DNA of 64,000 nt, from assembly GCF_036971445.1 (NCBI RefSeq), contig NC_091475.1:26536001-26600000 (forward strand), in the 5' to 3' direction. The position numbers and the translations under genes are program-made. The stretch comes from Narcine bancroftii. Its lineage: Eukaryota. The notes beneath the pieces are model-generated. The model worked only from the letters and a program-made list of their open reading frames with translations. It did not search any database and had not been told where the DNA came from. Below are positions 26,596-39,070 of the stretch, piece after piece (the first letter of the stretch is position 1; each line of letters starts with the position of its first letter).

Positions 26596-28203
26596 TTTTT
26601 CTTCTGTACTTTTTAATTCTTCGTTTTATTTCACTGAATTCTTGTGACTGCCATTCTTTTACTGTTTCCATATATTCTTTAAAAAAAATATATCCATGTA
26701 CTTGCCCTTCCCTTCATCTTCCATTTCTCTGTGTTCTTCCTCCTCTTCTTCTGAGTCCACTCCAGGATTTGTGTCCTTTACCTCTGTCTCTTCTGGTTTT
26801 CCTGTTGGGTTGTTTGTTTTATTTTGTTGGGTATTTTTATTAAAAGTGTCTTGGTGTTGGTCATCTTCCTCTGGGTTGGTCATCTGTTGTTTCTTTGATT
26901 TCCTATTTTTATTCTCTTCCTTCTTGTTCCCGTTATTTTCTATGTTTTCCTGTTGAGAGTCTTGCTGTTGTGTTGTACTTGTCTGTTTTAGCTGTGGAGA
27001 TTTACTCCTCAGCTGGTCCCCCCTCCCGTCGGTGTTGTTTTTGTCTTGCGCATGCGCGGTTGTGCACTTTTGTTTGGCTCCATGAGCCATTTTTGTAGTC
27101 CTGAGTTTGGGGTTTCCACTGACCTCAGGGAGCGGGCTTCTCTCTCCATGGCGGGCCTCCTCGTACCGGTAAGGCCTTCACCTTCCTCCTCCGACGTCCT
27201 TCCTTCTTTTCTTCCTGTTGTTTTTGGCTTTTCTTTCTTTGCTGGCATTTTCTCCACACTTTCACTTTGCTATGGTTTCTATGTTTGTGCCTTTGTTTTT
27301 TCTCTTATCTTTTTTTTACTTTTCTGAAGAGGGCTGGAGTTCCCCTACCGGCCACTACTCCATCACGTGACTCCTCCTATATGTTTCTTCTTGAGTACAG
27401 TTTTTTTGCATTACCAATAATTCTGCCTCCCCCACAGAACAAAGAATCTCAGGGTTGCAGTGTGATATCATGTATGTACTCTATGATCAATCTAAACTTT
27501 AATTTTTTTTCACTGTCTGATAAAAGATAATTGATCCGAAACATCAATTTGTTTCTCTTTTCATACAGGGCGCCTAACCTGCTGTATTCTGCCAAAGTTT
27601 TGTTTTTTTTAACATTAGCTTCTGTTCTCCTGTTGAATCAAAGTTGATTGGGGTGAAAGTCTTTGGGGCGGGGGGAGTGTCTCATGTTATACGGTAGAAA
27701 CAGGAAGCAGGAGCCCAACCCTCTCAAGAATTTGATCAAAGTAGTTACTTAAACTAAGTTTTAACAATCTATTGTGAAGAAAAAACAAAAGGTTGCAGGA
27801 ACCTCGAGTCCAGCGAACAAAAGAAGAAGATTGGAAACAGAGGCCCCTTGCACAATGGAAGCCTGCAGCTGGGGTTTGATCTGCCCCCTGTGTGTGGTTC
27901 AACCGTTGGGGCAGCTATAGACTCTGGGGTTGAAGAAGATTGTTCACGCATGTGCAGACGAGTGTGCATGTGTGATACAGAAGAGTCCTCAACAGCAGCC
28001 TGCAATAACTAGTGACTTTGTCAGCCCTGGGAGATGCCAGCTGTTACCACATGACTTGGAGGAGCAACAACAAGACATAACGGACACAGACAGTGATCGT
28101 GATGAAATTAAAGAACAAGAAATACCTGCTAAAGGTAAAAAGTCAACAGAATTTAAAAAGTGTACACTTAAGATTTAATGAAAGAACTGAAGAACAAAAA
28201 TAA

Positions 28204-28810
28204 ATGAATGACTTGGCCTTCCTTCAGGAAATTCGTTTAACTGAGAAAGAATATCAAAAATTGAAAAGAGATTGGGTGGGGCAGGTCTTTGCTTCTTCAT
28301 TTAATTCAAAAGCAAGAGGAGTGGTAATTTTAGTCCACAAGAATCTTCCAGTTAGAGTACAAGATGTGGTAATAGATCCTGCAGGTAAGTATGTTATGGG
28401 TCACTGTCAAATATACTCAGAATCCTGGACTCTTATGAATATATATGCACCAAATATTGATGATGAGAAATTTATTCAAGAAACATTTCTTAATCTAGCA
28501 AATGCTTGTGAAAATGTTTTAGTAGGAGGAGATTTTAATTTTTGTCTGGATCCAGTTTTTGATAGAACGAGAGCAGTAATGACGACAAAAGTGGTGAAAG
28601 CCACTTTAGTATTAATAAGAGAGCTGAATTTAGTGGATGCCTGGAGAAGAATTCATCCAAGAGAAAGAGATTCTTCTTTTATTCAAATAGACATGATTCC
28701 TATTCCTGGATACATCTATTTTTAATTTTAGCTCAATTACAAGTTAGGATAATTGAAGCTGAATATAAAATGAGAATTTTATCAGATCCCTTACCTTTGA
28801 TACTGAGATT
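28204..28810 (+). mobile_element. L1/Tx1 ORF2 APE endonuclease fragment
   Basis: DLAFLQE, SKARGVVIL, NIYAPN, GGDFN and LVDAWR motifs, with a frameshift near the end. Confidence 0.9.
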
Positions 28811-29104
28811 TATGAGATTTATACAAAGAGAAATGCAGATGCTGAAAAACAAATAAAAGCAGAAAATGCTCATCAGGTCAGATGATAAAGAGTCTTTGAT
28901 GTGAAAAGTACGAGTACTCCTCTTTCCACAAATGCTGCCTGCACTGTCAAGTTTCTAGCATTTTCTGTTTTAGGAGGTTTCCATAATCATGCCAGTTATT
29001 CTCTTTCAATGAGGTATCCAATTCCATTTTGAACCCCAGGCTGATTGCTTTTACAGTCCTTGCAATGTTCCAGATTATTATTATTTTTGGAATGAAATGT
29101 TTTA

Positions 29105-29290
29105 AACATGGAAAAATAGGTCTAGGAGTAGGCCATTTGGCCCTTCAAGCCTACACCACCATTCAATATGATCATGGCTGAGCAGTACCCGGTTCCTGCC
29201 TTCTCCCTATACCCCCTGATCCCCTTAGCCAAATCTAACCTACTCTTAAATATTGACAAGGAACCGGCCTCAACTACATCTCCCTTTTAT
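29105..29290 (-). mobile_element. CR1 LINE 3' end fragment
   Basis: ggagtaggccatttggcccttcaagcc...ccattcaatatgatcatggctga is the reverse complement of a CR1-type 3' end. Confidence 0.65.
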
Positions 29291-30599
29291 CCAATACTGT
29301 ACTCTAAATCTCTGTCCTGGGGCCACTGTTGATGGGAACAGCTTTTCTCCTTCTCCCTCTTCAAACCAGTCAGAATCTTGTGCACCTCTATCAAATCGAC
29401 CTCTATCAAAAGTTCTTTGCCATAAGAAAAACTATCCCTGCAACTCCTACCTTGACCAAGAACTCAGGCCTAAAATGTTAGGTACACATGTTTATCTCCT
29501 ATGGATGCTGCAGGACCTGTTGAATTTCTCCTGCAATTCTGTACATTAACTACAGCCGCAGCATCAAACTTCCTTGTTTCATTCCAATCATCTCCAGTCT
29601 ATCCTTAGAACTGAAAACAGTCAAGTAAATTTCTTCTGTACTCCCCTGTGTAACCTTTTAAAAAGAACCTTTAGCTTTCTTAAAGTGTGGCTTACAAAAT
29701 TGGAAGTAATACACCCATCGTAGCTAAACCAGGATTTTACAAGCTCAATATTCCTTCCTGGCTTTTATAACATTTGTTTCTTGTTATTGTTTAAACCCTT
29801 CGTAAAACTCTCTCTGAACTCTCTGAGCAGTAATCATGAATAACAGGTGGTTTTCAGCATTTGCTAAAAGTTCCCAATATCAAGAAGAAAACATTACTTC
29901 ATTTGTATTTTGAATTTAATAACATTTTAAATATTATAATTTTTCCACCCAGGAAGCTTGCATTAACAATACAATTCACTCCTAAAGTATTCAGTAGAGA
30001 TAGTCTAACTCAAACACTGGGAATATTCTTAAAATACCAGAAAAATGAAGTGAAATTGAGAGTCCCAGGATCGTAATTACACGTTGCTGGTGGACCCAAT
30101 CCTGTTTTGTGATCCTCTTTCAAAAATTGGCTACTGCTGGATGGGGTTATGTTGCACTATAATATTATTAAGTTTCACATCTAAATAATGCTCCTTAAAA
30201 GAGACAACTGGCACTAAGACCAAGAAGTAGGTTCTTTGAAAAGAATATTTATTCTAACAGTGTGGAAAGCTGTCATACAGGCGTCTCCTAAATGTTATAC
30301 TCATCTCTCAGCCTCACTTTGCCATCAGCTGCCTCAAGTTGTGCGATAGCTTTCACCAAACTCAGAAAACAGCAAAGTGCTTTTGCAAAGAGGCATTAAT
30401 GCTGAAAATGCTCCTCAGTACTACACAGGATGGTCAAAAATGGAGACGGTCAGTAAACAGAATACATAAAATGGAAAAGGCAGAATAAAAGGCCTTCAGT
30501 ACAATTTTGACCCTCTTAAGTACCTACTTAAATTGTTCCACCACCTTAAGCCTCTGTCTCTTTAAATTTCCCTTGGGAATTAATACTTCCTGTTTGAAA

Positions 30600-31095
30600 G
30601 ATTCACTAAACAAGTTCTTAAAGCAACTATGTGGACATTTGTGTGGAGATGGGGTAGAAATCAACTGTGCATAGAGCAAGTGTCTGGATGAATGCAGCCC
30701 TTTTCTTAAGCAGCTTGACACTACCAATACCAATAGTCCACTCATTGGAAGCCCATCCGCTCCTCCAAATATTCATTCCCTCCACCACTGAACCACCCGA
30801 TTGACTATCACAATGTGGATACAGCATCTCCCAAACCCATGACTTCTACCATCAAGAGGACACATGGAAACAACACTCAAAAGGAAACTCTAACCTGCAC
30901 CCACTCCCTTACTGGGAAATACATGCCTGATACTTCATCATCATTACAGAGCCTAAATTCATGACCTCCCTGCCCAACAGCTCTGTGCAAACACCTTCCC
31001 CAGAAGGACTGCTGCAGTTTAAGGCTACTCAAGGGAATTTAAGGATGAATAATAAATACTGACCTTTCCAGCGATGCACTTGTCCCGAAAAATAT
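30600..31095 (+). mobile_element. Decayed CR1/L2-group LINE 3' end
   Basis: ctggatgaatgcagc...cttgacact and cattccctccacca blocks, followed by an aataaa-containing tail. Confidence 0.5.
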
Positions 31096-31293
31096 ATAAA
31101 TTTTCAAAATGGTGTTTCTGGTGCATATGGGACATAATTTAGTTTTGAAAGTCGATGGAATCTTCATGTACATTCTCAATGAATAACACTTTGGGTTTGT
31201 AGGGGTTACATTAAAAAGGAGAGAAAGGCAAGAGTAGAAAATTCCTGACCTTGTTATATGGCTGCACTTTCTAAAGTGGATTATTTTTTGTAT

Positions 31294-32352
31294 TGTTACA
31301 GATTATGTTGTGTTTGTATTGCATATAGATATGTTTTTGGGTGATAAATTGGGGAAGGTTTTTTAGTGTAGGTCACATACAAACACTTTAAAATTTTTAA
31401 ATCTTATTTAAAATACTGGAGTTCTGCTCAGGCTAGACAGGCTGGCTCCAAGAGCTTTTGCAAAAAACTTTGGAGAGTGCCCAGGAGACTTCACTAACGG
31501 ATTGCTGTTTACAAAAAGGCAACAGATGAAAGAACTTGTTAGAGCTGCAGGCTGTCTGGAGTGGAACTTTCTATTCTAAGAGGGTCATGTGGTTTTGCAA
31601 GCAGAGAGAGTCAAGCAGGCTTTCTCTCAAAGAGAGAGAGAAAGAGAGAGAATTCAGTTCTGCAGTTTTACAGTCAGCAGCAGCGGGATTGGAACAGGAC
31701 AAGCTGGCAACCATGTGGAAAACCCCATTTGGAAGAATGGTTGTGACTGCTTAGTTCAGCCTGGTCAAAGCCCTTGTGGTTCATGCAAGAGGAGAGGATT
31801 GGCTGCCTAATGTTTCACTTGAAATAAGAGAAACAAAAAGGAACTCTGTGATGACCTAAAAGAAAGAGGTTATCACCTGGAGAACCCTTAGGGGGCAAGT
31901 TTCTTTGGCAAGACACTGAAGTGGCTGATTTTAAAAAAGAAATCAGTTGTGGGTGTCCAACAAACAACCAATCTCTCTCTGAAAACTGACAAGAATCTTC
32001 CTGAGTAGTAACTATTTACTTTTCTATCACCAAAGTCTAGTGAACTTCATAAATGTTAAATTCTGTGCACAGTATAAGAATTGCCTGCAACCAGTGAACT
32101 TGGAGGAATGAGAAGTGAGATTGGACTGTGAATCAAAGAACTTTTCTGGACTTGTATACACATTACATACACGTGCGCTTAGAATTAGAAGGGTGTTAAG
32201 TTAGGTTAGTTAAGTTAATAGTGATAAGTTAAAGTTTTTTCCTGTTTTCATGTTTAAAGATAATTAAAAGCAACTTTTATTTAAGTAATCATTTGTCATG
32301 GTGAATATTTACTTTTGTTGCTGGGTTTTTTGAGTCTTCTGGGCTCATAACA
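31294..32352 (+). mobile_element. Complete solo LTR (Gypsy-type), copy 2
   Basis: TGTTAC...ATAACA termini, 4-bp TSD GTAT (31290-31293 and 32353-32356), and ATTAAA near the 3' end. Confidence 0.9.
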
Positions 32353-33619
32353 GTATTCACAAAGCAAAAGAATATTTCATCATTCATCAATCCAGTATTT
32401 CATCATTCATTAAATTTATAAGAGGTGAGAAAATTATGACAGGAAGTAATATCAAAATCAAATTTAAAAGATTCCTATTTAACTTCTTAAGAGTTTTCAA
32501 CTAATTGCAGGGTTTCAAAAACTGAGCACATACAACCCTTGTATAAACTTCACCAGTGTGCCTCAGATTGATGTAATACAGAAGTTCATTAGAGCAAGAT
32601 AGTATATTTGCATATTTTATTTTTAATCAGACCATCTGTTCAAAGTTGGCATGAATTGAACAATTATGTCGAAGCACTGAAGTATCCAAATATTACCCAG
32701 TCAAGAGCCTGAAACTGAAGAGGGCAGAGGATAGGGGTAAGGTCCATCACAGATCAAAGCATGACCTGTGAGTCAAAATCCAATGAAAACTTCTGCCAAC
32801 ACCTTTCTGCACAGTGAGGAGCAGCAGATAGCTCGAGTGAGAAGCACATTTTGGGGAGTGAATTTGATCTGTTCCCAAACAAAGTACTTCTGATTTCTCC
32901 CATTAGTCACTCAGATACCCATCCTTGCTCTCTGGTAGTTGCTCAAAGTGAACCCTGAAATTTACCAGATCCATAAAAATGACAGCAATAATGATCCGGA
33001 GAATGGAAAGTGCCCTCAGGATTTTGTTGTCAGAGCAATACTTCATTTTAAATGCTCAATACTATTTGAATTTGCAACTTGCATTAAATTAGCTGAGTCC
33101 AAGGAGCTGCCAATTGCCTGCAAGCTAAGTGCAAATTCTGAAAAGGACCTTTCTTTGAATAACAATTACTCGTAAGATTGGCACTCATTCATAGAAATAT
33201 CCCTAAAAGTAATAACCACGCCACTCAACACATCATACAGCTAGCTGATCATCATTTGTGGCTTGTACCTGTGTTTGTAGCCAACAGCGTAGTGATCACC
33301 TGTTCTGTCAGTTCATACCCCAATGCATAAGCATTTCATCTTCACTGTTACAGTTCAGTGCGATGGCCATGTGCCTGGTGCATATGGTGCCCTGATATTG
33401 GGAGCAATCTCTCTCTCCAAGGAAGCAATTTCAATCCCTGGAATTGCCATAGAAGATATTAAAAGCCTTCAGCACATTAAAATATCATTGCTTTTGTGCT
33501 TGACTGCTGCCAAAATGTTTCTGCTTTTATTTCTGTCCAGCTATGTCTTTCCCCTTGAGTGTATTTTCTTGCAGTGATTTGCCTCTATTGGTTATATGGT
33601 TCTACTTGTCACTTGTGGG

Positions 33620-34740
33620 CAAGTTAACCACTTCCTTCCCCACCTGCTTCAAGAGGACATCCATCTTATTAGTCCACAAGAGGAGCAAACTGACCTGCTT
33701 CAACCACTGTTGGCCAAGTGGCACTGCATCCATCATGAAGAAATTCTTTGAGAGGCTGGTTATGAAAAAAATTAATTCCTGGCTTAGGAAGGATCTGGAT
33801 CCACTTGAATTCACCTGTTGCCGCATCAGGTCAAGAGCAGGTGCCATCTCACTAGCCCTCCACTATGTGCTGGACCACCTGGGTCACAAGAACACTCATG
33901 TCAGGCTGCTACTCACTGACTACATCGAGCCATTTGTTATGCATTCTAAATGGATAACCAAACTCAGGGATTGGGAGTCCATTCCTCATTCTGGATATTT
34001 GACTTCATCAGCAAACCTCATTCAGTGTAGATTGGCAAATCTCCTACTCCTCCTCACTGATCAACAAAAGAGAGACACCTCAAGGCACTGTATGTGGTGC
34101 CCTGTTGTATTCCCTCCATATCCACGACTGTGCACTCAGGTTTGGCCCCAATAAAATCAATACATCTGCAGAAGACAGGCAATGATGATGCAGAATACCC
34201 AATGGAGATCAAGAATCTGATTGAGTGGTTCAAAAACAATCTTGCCCTCAATGTCGCAAGACCAAAGTCCTGATTGATCACTTTAGACTTGATCATTTTC
34301 AGTGATGGGACTGTTGTGGAGAAGGTTATTAGTTTCATATTCTGGCAGACCTCACCTGGAGCCAGTAGAGGTGTCTCTGAAGAAAGCATATCAATATCAC
34401 TACTTTCTATGGAGTTTGAGGAGATTTGCCATGTTGTCAGATACTCTATAGAACTTCTACAGGTGTGCTGTGAAAAGTATATTGACTAGTTGCATCACAG
34501 CCTGGTTTAGAAACTTGAATGCTCAGCAATGCAGAAAGTTTCTGAAAGAGGCAGGCAGACTCCAGCCTCCTGGCCATTAAAGACATCTATGCAACCACTG
34601 ACTCAAGAAGACTGCAAACATAAAAGAACACCAACACCCCTGGCTAGGCTCTCTTCTCATTGCTACCTTCAGGCAGATACAAGAAACCTGAAGTCTGGCA
34701 CCTCTTCATACCAGAATAGTTTATTTCCAACAGGAAATGT
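33620..34740 (+). mobile_element. Rex1/Babar LINE RT remnant
   Basis: PTCFKRTSI, MKKFFERLVM, LDPLEF and AISLALHYVLDHL motifs. Confidence 0.85.
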
Positions 34741-34789
34741 TCCTGCACCACCCTCACCATTATGCTACTTCAAAACCACCAAGGATTTG

Positions 34790-35622
34790 TCTGCACTACT
34801 AATTCAGATAATGGTCTGCTCAGCCCACTCCTGTTCATGCTACTGACCCATGACTGCAATGTCAGCTCCAACAGCATCACCAAGTTTGCATATGACACAC
34901 TAGTTGGTCTAATCAGCAACAACGATGAGTTGCTCTACATGGAAGAGGTGGAAAATCTCATGAATTGGTGAAAGAATAACAACCCGAGTCTCAACGTGGA
35001 CAAGACAAATGATTGTGGACTTCAGGAGGACCAGACACAACCACCCTCCATACCCAGTAATAGCTCAGTAGCAGAGAGAGCACCAAATTCCTTGGAGTGC
35101 ACTTAAGAAGTGACCCATCCTGGACATACAACATCTTTTCACTTGTCAGGAAGACACCACATTGACTGTACTTCCTTATAAGGCTGAGGCGGCAAGGCTA
35201 CCGGGCACCATTCTGTCAACTTTCTACAGAAGGTCTATTGAGAGTGTCCTGGCAGGCTCCATCTCATGTACTGTGCATTGTGTGGTTTATGTACCTGGGA
35301 AACTGCACCAAGCAATACTTTCATTGAATCTGGACATTGTAGACTTTAAAAGAAAAACATATGTACAACACGATAATAGGCCCTTTAAGTCCACGAACCC
35401 GTGCTGCCCAATTACACCCAATTGACCTATAACCCTGGTACATTTTGAAGGGTGGGAGGAAACCAGAGAACCTGGAGGAAAACCACACAGACACAGGGAG
35501 AACATATAAATCCCTTACAGACAGGCAGGAGCTAAATCCTGATCCTGGTCACTGGCAATGTACTAGCGCTACGCTATCCGCGCTGCCCTTGTACTTGTGT
35601 ATATGACAATAAACTTGATCTT
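34790..35622 (+). mobile_element. Second Rex1-type LINE fragment with a SINE inserted in its 3' tail
   Basis: LSPLLFMLLTHDC and ITKFAYDTLVGLISNNDE motifs. The tail gacaataaacttgatctt follows the SINE. Confidence 0.75.
35358..35588 (-). mobile_element. HE1/V-SINE-type SINE
   Basis: Reverse complement of the V-domain (gtgggaggaaaccagagaacctggaggaaaaccacacagacacagggagaac) and a GGGCAGC head. Confidence 0.8.
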
Positions 35623-35757
35623 AAACTGAAACAACATTTGATTGACCAAAAGCTCTGCAGCATCTTATTATCAGCAAGACTCCTTGTATGTCCTGCCAGT
35701 TACGTGGTTTCCTACTCAGGCAACATTTAAGAAATGGGCACTCCCCCTCAGGCAATT

Positions 35758-37380
35758 CTTTCTTTTTCTCTTTGGCTTGGCTTCGCAGATGAAGATTTAT
35801 GGAGGGGTAATGTCCACGTCTGCTGGAGGCTCGTTGGTGACTGACAAGTCCGATGCGGGACAGGCAGGCACGGTTGCAGCGGTTGCAAGGGAAAATTGGT
35901 TGGTTGGGGTTGGATGTTAGATTTTTCCTCCTTTGTCTTTTATCAGTGAGGTGGGCTCTGCGGTCTTCTTCAAAGGAGGTTGCTGCCCGCCGAACTGTGA
36001 GGCGCCAAGATGCACGGTTGGAGGCGATATCAGCCCACTGGCGGTGGTCAATGTGGCAGGCACTAAGAGATTTCTTTAAGCAGTCCTTGTACCTCTTCTT
36101 TGGTGCACCTCTGTCTCGGTGGCCAGTGGAGAGCTCGCCATATAACACGATCTTGGGAAAGCGATGGTCCTCCAGTCTGGAGACGTGACCCACCCAGTGC
36201 AGTTGGGTCTTCAGCAGCATGGATTCGATGCTTGTGGACTCTGCAAGTTCGAGTACTTCGATGTTGGTGATGAAGTCATTCCAATGAATGTTGAGGATGG
36301 AGCGGAGACAGCGCTGATGGAAACGTTCTAGGAGCCGTAGGTGATGCCGGTAGAGGACCCATGATTCGGAGCTGAACAGGAGCGTGGGTATGACAATGGC
36401 TCTGTACACGCTGATCTTTGTGTGTTTCTTCAGGTGGTTGTTTTTCCAGACTCTTTTGTGTAGTCTCCTGAAACCCTCTGAGATCAGCTGAAAATGGCCA
36501 TACTTCAATCCACTGAAGAGGTACTGGGCTTCTCCTCCAGGAAAAACAAGGACTGGTTTGATTAAAATAACCAGGAAATCCAGGAGCTGCTGGCAAAGAA
36601 GCGATCTGTCCACCAGGCTCACCTTGCAAAGCCTTCCTGGCCAGAGAAAAAACGAGCCTTCCGTCTCGCATGCAGCCATCTTCAGCGCAAACTCCGGGAG
36701 ATCCAAAATGAGTAGTGGACTAGCCTCACCAAACGAACCCAGCTTAGTGCCGACATTGGCGACTTCAGGGGTTTTTATGAGACACTAAAGGCTGTGTACG
36801 GCCCCTCACCCCAAGTCCAAACCCCTCTGTGCAGCTCAGATGGCGAAGTCCTCCTCAGCGACAAGATCTCTATCCTCAATCGATGGTCAGAACACTTCCA
36901 ATCCTTTTTCAGTGCCAACCGCTCAGTCCAAGAATCCGCTCTGCTCCAGCTCTCTCAACAACCCTTGAGTCTAGAGCTGGATGAGGTCCTTACCCGGGAA
37001 GAGACATATAAGGCAATTGAACAACTGAAAAGTGGCAAAGCAGCAGGAATGGATGGAATCCCTGCAGAGGTCTGGAAGGCTGGCGGCAAAGCTCTGCATA
37101 CCAAACTGCATGAGTTTTTCATGCTCTGCTGGGACCAAGGAAAGCTACCTCAGGACGTTCGTGATGCCATCATCATCACCCTGTACAAAAACAAAGGTGA
37201 GAAATCAGACTGCTCAAACTACAGGGGAATCATGCTGCTCTCCATTGCAGGCAAAATCTTCGCTAGGGTTCTCCTTAATAGACTAATACCTAGTGTCGCC
37301 GAAAATGACCTCCCAGAATCACAGTGTGGCTTTCGCGCAAACAGAGGAACTACTGACATGGTCTTTGCCCTCAGACAGCT
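35758..37380 (-). mobile_element. RTE-clade (BovB-like) LINE insertion with 5' inversion
   Basis: The minus strand at 35758-~36466 encodes the RTE C-terminus (TKISVYRAIV, WVGHVSR, GAPKKRYKD, C2H2 finger). The plus strand at ~36467-37380 encodes the upstream linker and RT start (GKAAGMDGIPAE, NYRGIMLLS, ESQCGFR). The 13-bp TSD CCCTCAGGCAATT lies at 35745-35757 and 37381-37393. Confidence 0.92.
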
Positions 37381-38324
37381 CCCTCAGGCAATTACTATTG
37401 CAGGAAATCCCCCATGAGAACAAGACAGCATGTGCTGTTTGCTGGCAAATGCTAATCTGCTAGAAAGGGTGACTGGATGAGAACTACACACCGAGGGTTA
37501 TATTATTGCAGCCTGCATATTTGGTGTGGAGTTTTGGATAATGAGATGATTAACATCAGAATGACTCTCAGAGACAAAGTTGCAGCCCCAACCACAGCCG
37601 ATAGCACAAACACTAGTCAAGATGGAAGACAATTGGACTGCAAAAAATATTCTGCCCGAGGCATCATCTTACAATGTGCCCATTTATATTTTCTCAGGAT
37701 GCCAAATTGGAACAATTTAAGAATTTCCATCCCTTGATCTTCCTTCCATTTTACAATGTCTAGCCTTTATAATCCTCACTTTTTGCCTCATTCTGTCCCT
37801 TCTTTCACTGACTTTAAACCTTATTAATGAAATAAAAAAGATAAAATAAGAAATGAGGAAATCAAAGTAGAAACTGAAAATAATGCAAATGCATGTTGAG
37901 AAAAGCTGAGTTATTGATGTTTTGAGAGTGTGGTCTTTTGAAAGGCAGTTTGAGAAAAACCAGGCAAGTCATTAATTAAGGAAAGGAGAAAGGGGACAGA
38001 GGAGGGAGAGTGACAACTGATCCATCCATAATATATGGGTGAATTAATAGGAACCTGGGAGATAATTAAGAAGATTGTTTTAATGATGATACAAAAGGAC
38101 AAAAAAAGTCAAATTACAATGGTTGAAAAGATACAGGAGAGATCCATGCCCCTCCACGTAATCTCCACATTACAGATCCAGAGCTCCCTGTTATCTACTA
38201 CTTGAATGAACTATTCCACTCCCCCCTCTGATCAATTGGCTGTGGCATCCTGCATTGTCGCACACAACCAGATATTGCTCCTCCTTCAGTTCAGTTGAGG
38301 TGGACACACAAGGCATAAAAAAAA

Positions 38325-39070
38325 AGGATTTAGGGAGGTTAAGTGAGTGGGCAAAGATCCAAATTACTTGCTCTAATAGCTTTCCTAATTACATTCAGAG
38401 GAGTCCTTTGTGATCTGACAAGTGGAGCATAATGATGGAAAATAGGAAACAGTCCATTTTGACAGAATAAATACAAAGTCTAAAATAGATGGTGAGAGAT
38501 CTTTGCAGAGCATTGAGAGATTCTGGAAAAGATTCACAAAAGATTCATCTGCAATTCACTTGGAAAGCCAACAGAGGGTTATAATTATGGTTTGGGAAGT
38601 AGGGAGGTGATGCTTCAACTATTTCAAGCATTGGTGAGACCACATGTGCTCCTCATTTGAAGAAGGACGGCAATGTATTGGAAGCTGATCAGAGGTTTTC
38701 TCCATTGATACCTGTATGTTCAGCTTGTATTATGAAGAAAGGTTGGACAGGCACGATTTAATTTAACCCCAGCATGAAGAGGAGGAAAAGTGAAAGGGGA
38801 CACATTTAAAACGCTAGACCCATATCTTTCGTGTATTGGATCGGAGAGGATATTACCCCATAGGGGAGCATCTAGATCGGTGGTGGGGGGGGGGGGGGGG
38901 TTGAACAAATTCTACTCTGAGGACTTTAATTTTTAATATTTATCCTCAGAAGTCTTCAAATATGTTTAAGGTAGTGATAAATTTGACATAAGCAAAGAGT
39001 AGAGGGAAAGTTAAAAGGATGACAATGATGAGTTAAAGGTATAATCAGATCATATTAAATCGAAGGACAC
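38325..39070 (+). mobile_element. Decayed CR1 3' fragment
   Basis: ttaagtgagtgggcaaag, cattggtgagaccaca and tatgaagaaaggttggacagg (YEERLDR) blocks. Confidence 0.65.

Larger units (their letters stand above)
24121..27377 (-). mobile_element. L1-clade LINE with 5' end, ORF1 and 3' tail but with most of ORF2 (EN and RT) missing
   Basis: 15-bp TSD at 24106-24120 and 27378-27392, and a poly(A) tail at the left end. The ORF2 start at 25313 (MTMLNYMVLNINGIHNQIKRKKLLNLLKK) joins directly at ~25225 to C-terminal sequence that includes the CFHC...HAIWTC zinc-knuckle region. Confidence 0.9.
23916..27500 (+). mobile_element. Rex1-type LINE 3' end split by the L1 insertion (pieces 23916-24120 and 27378-27500)
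   Basis: The caggttcaggaatagctgctacccctccaccatcagactc block lies before the L1 and the aaagaatctcagggttg tail lies after it, as in the copy at 8940-10140. Confidence 0.8.

Noticed and set aside
15147-32352. A single full-length LTR retrotransposon between the two LTRs
   Set aside because: Copy 2 has its own TSD on both sides, there is no gag/pol between the copies, and the interval contains a host exon.
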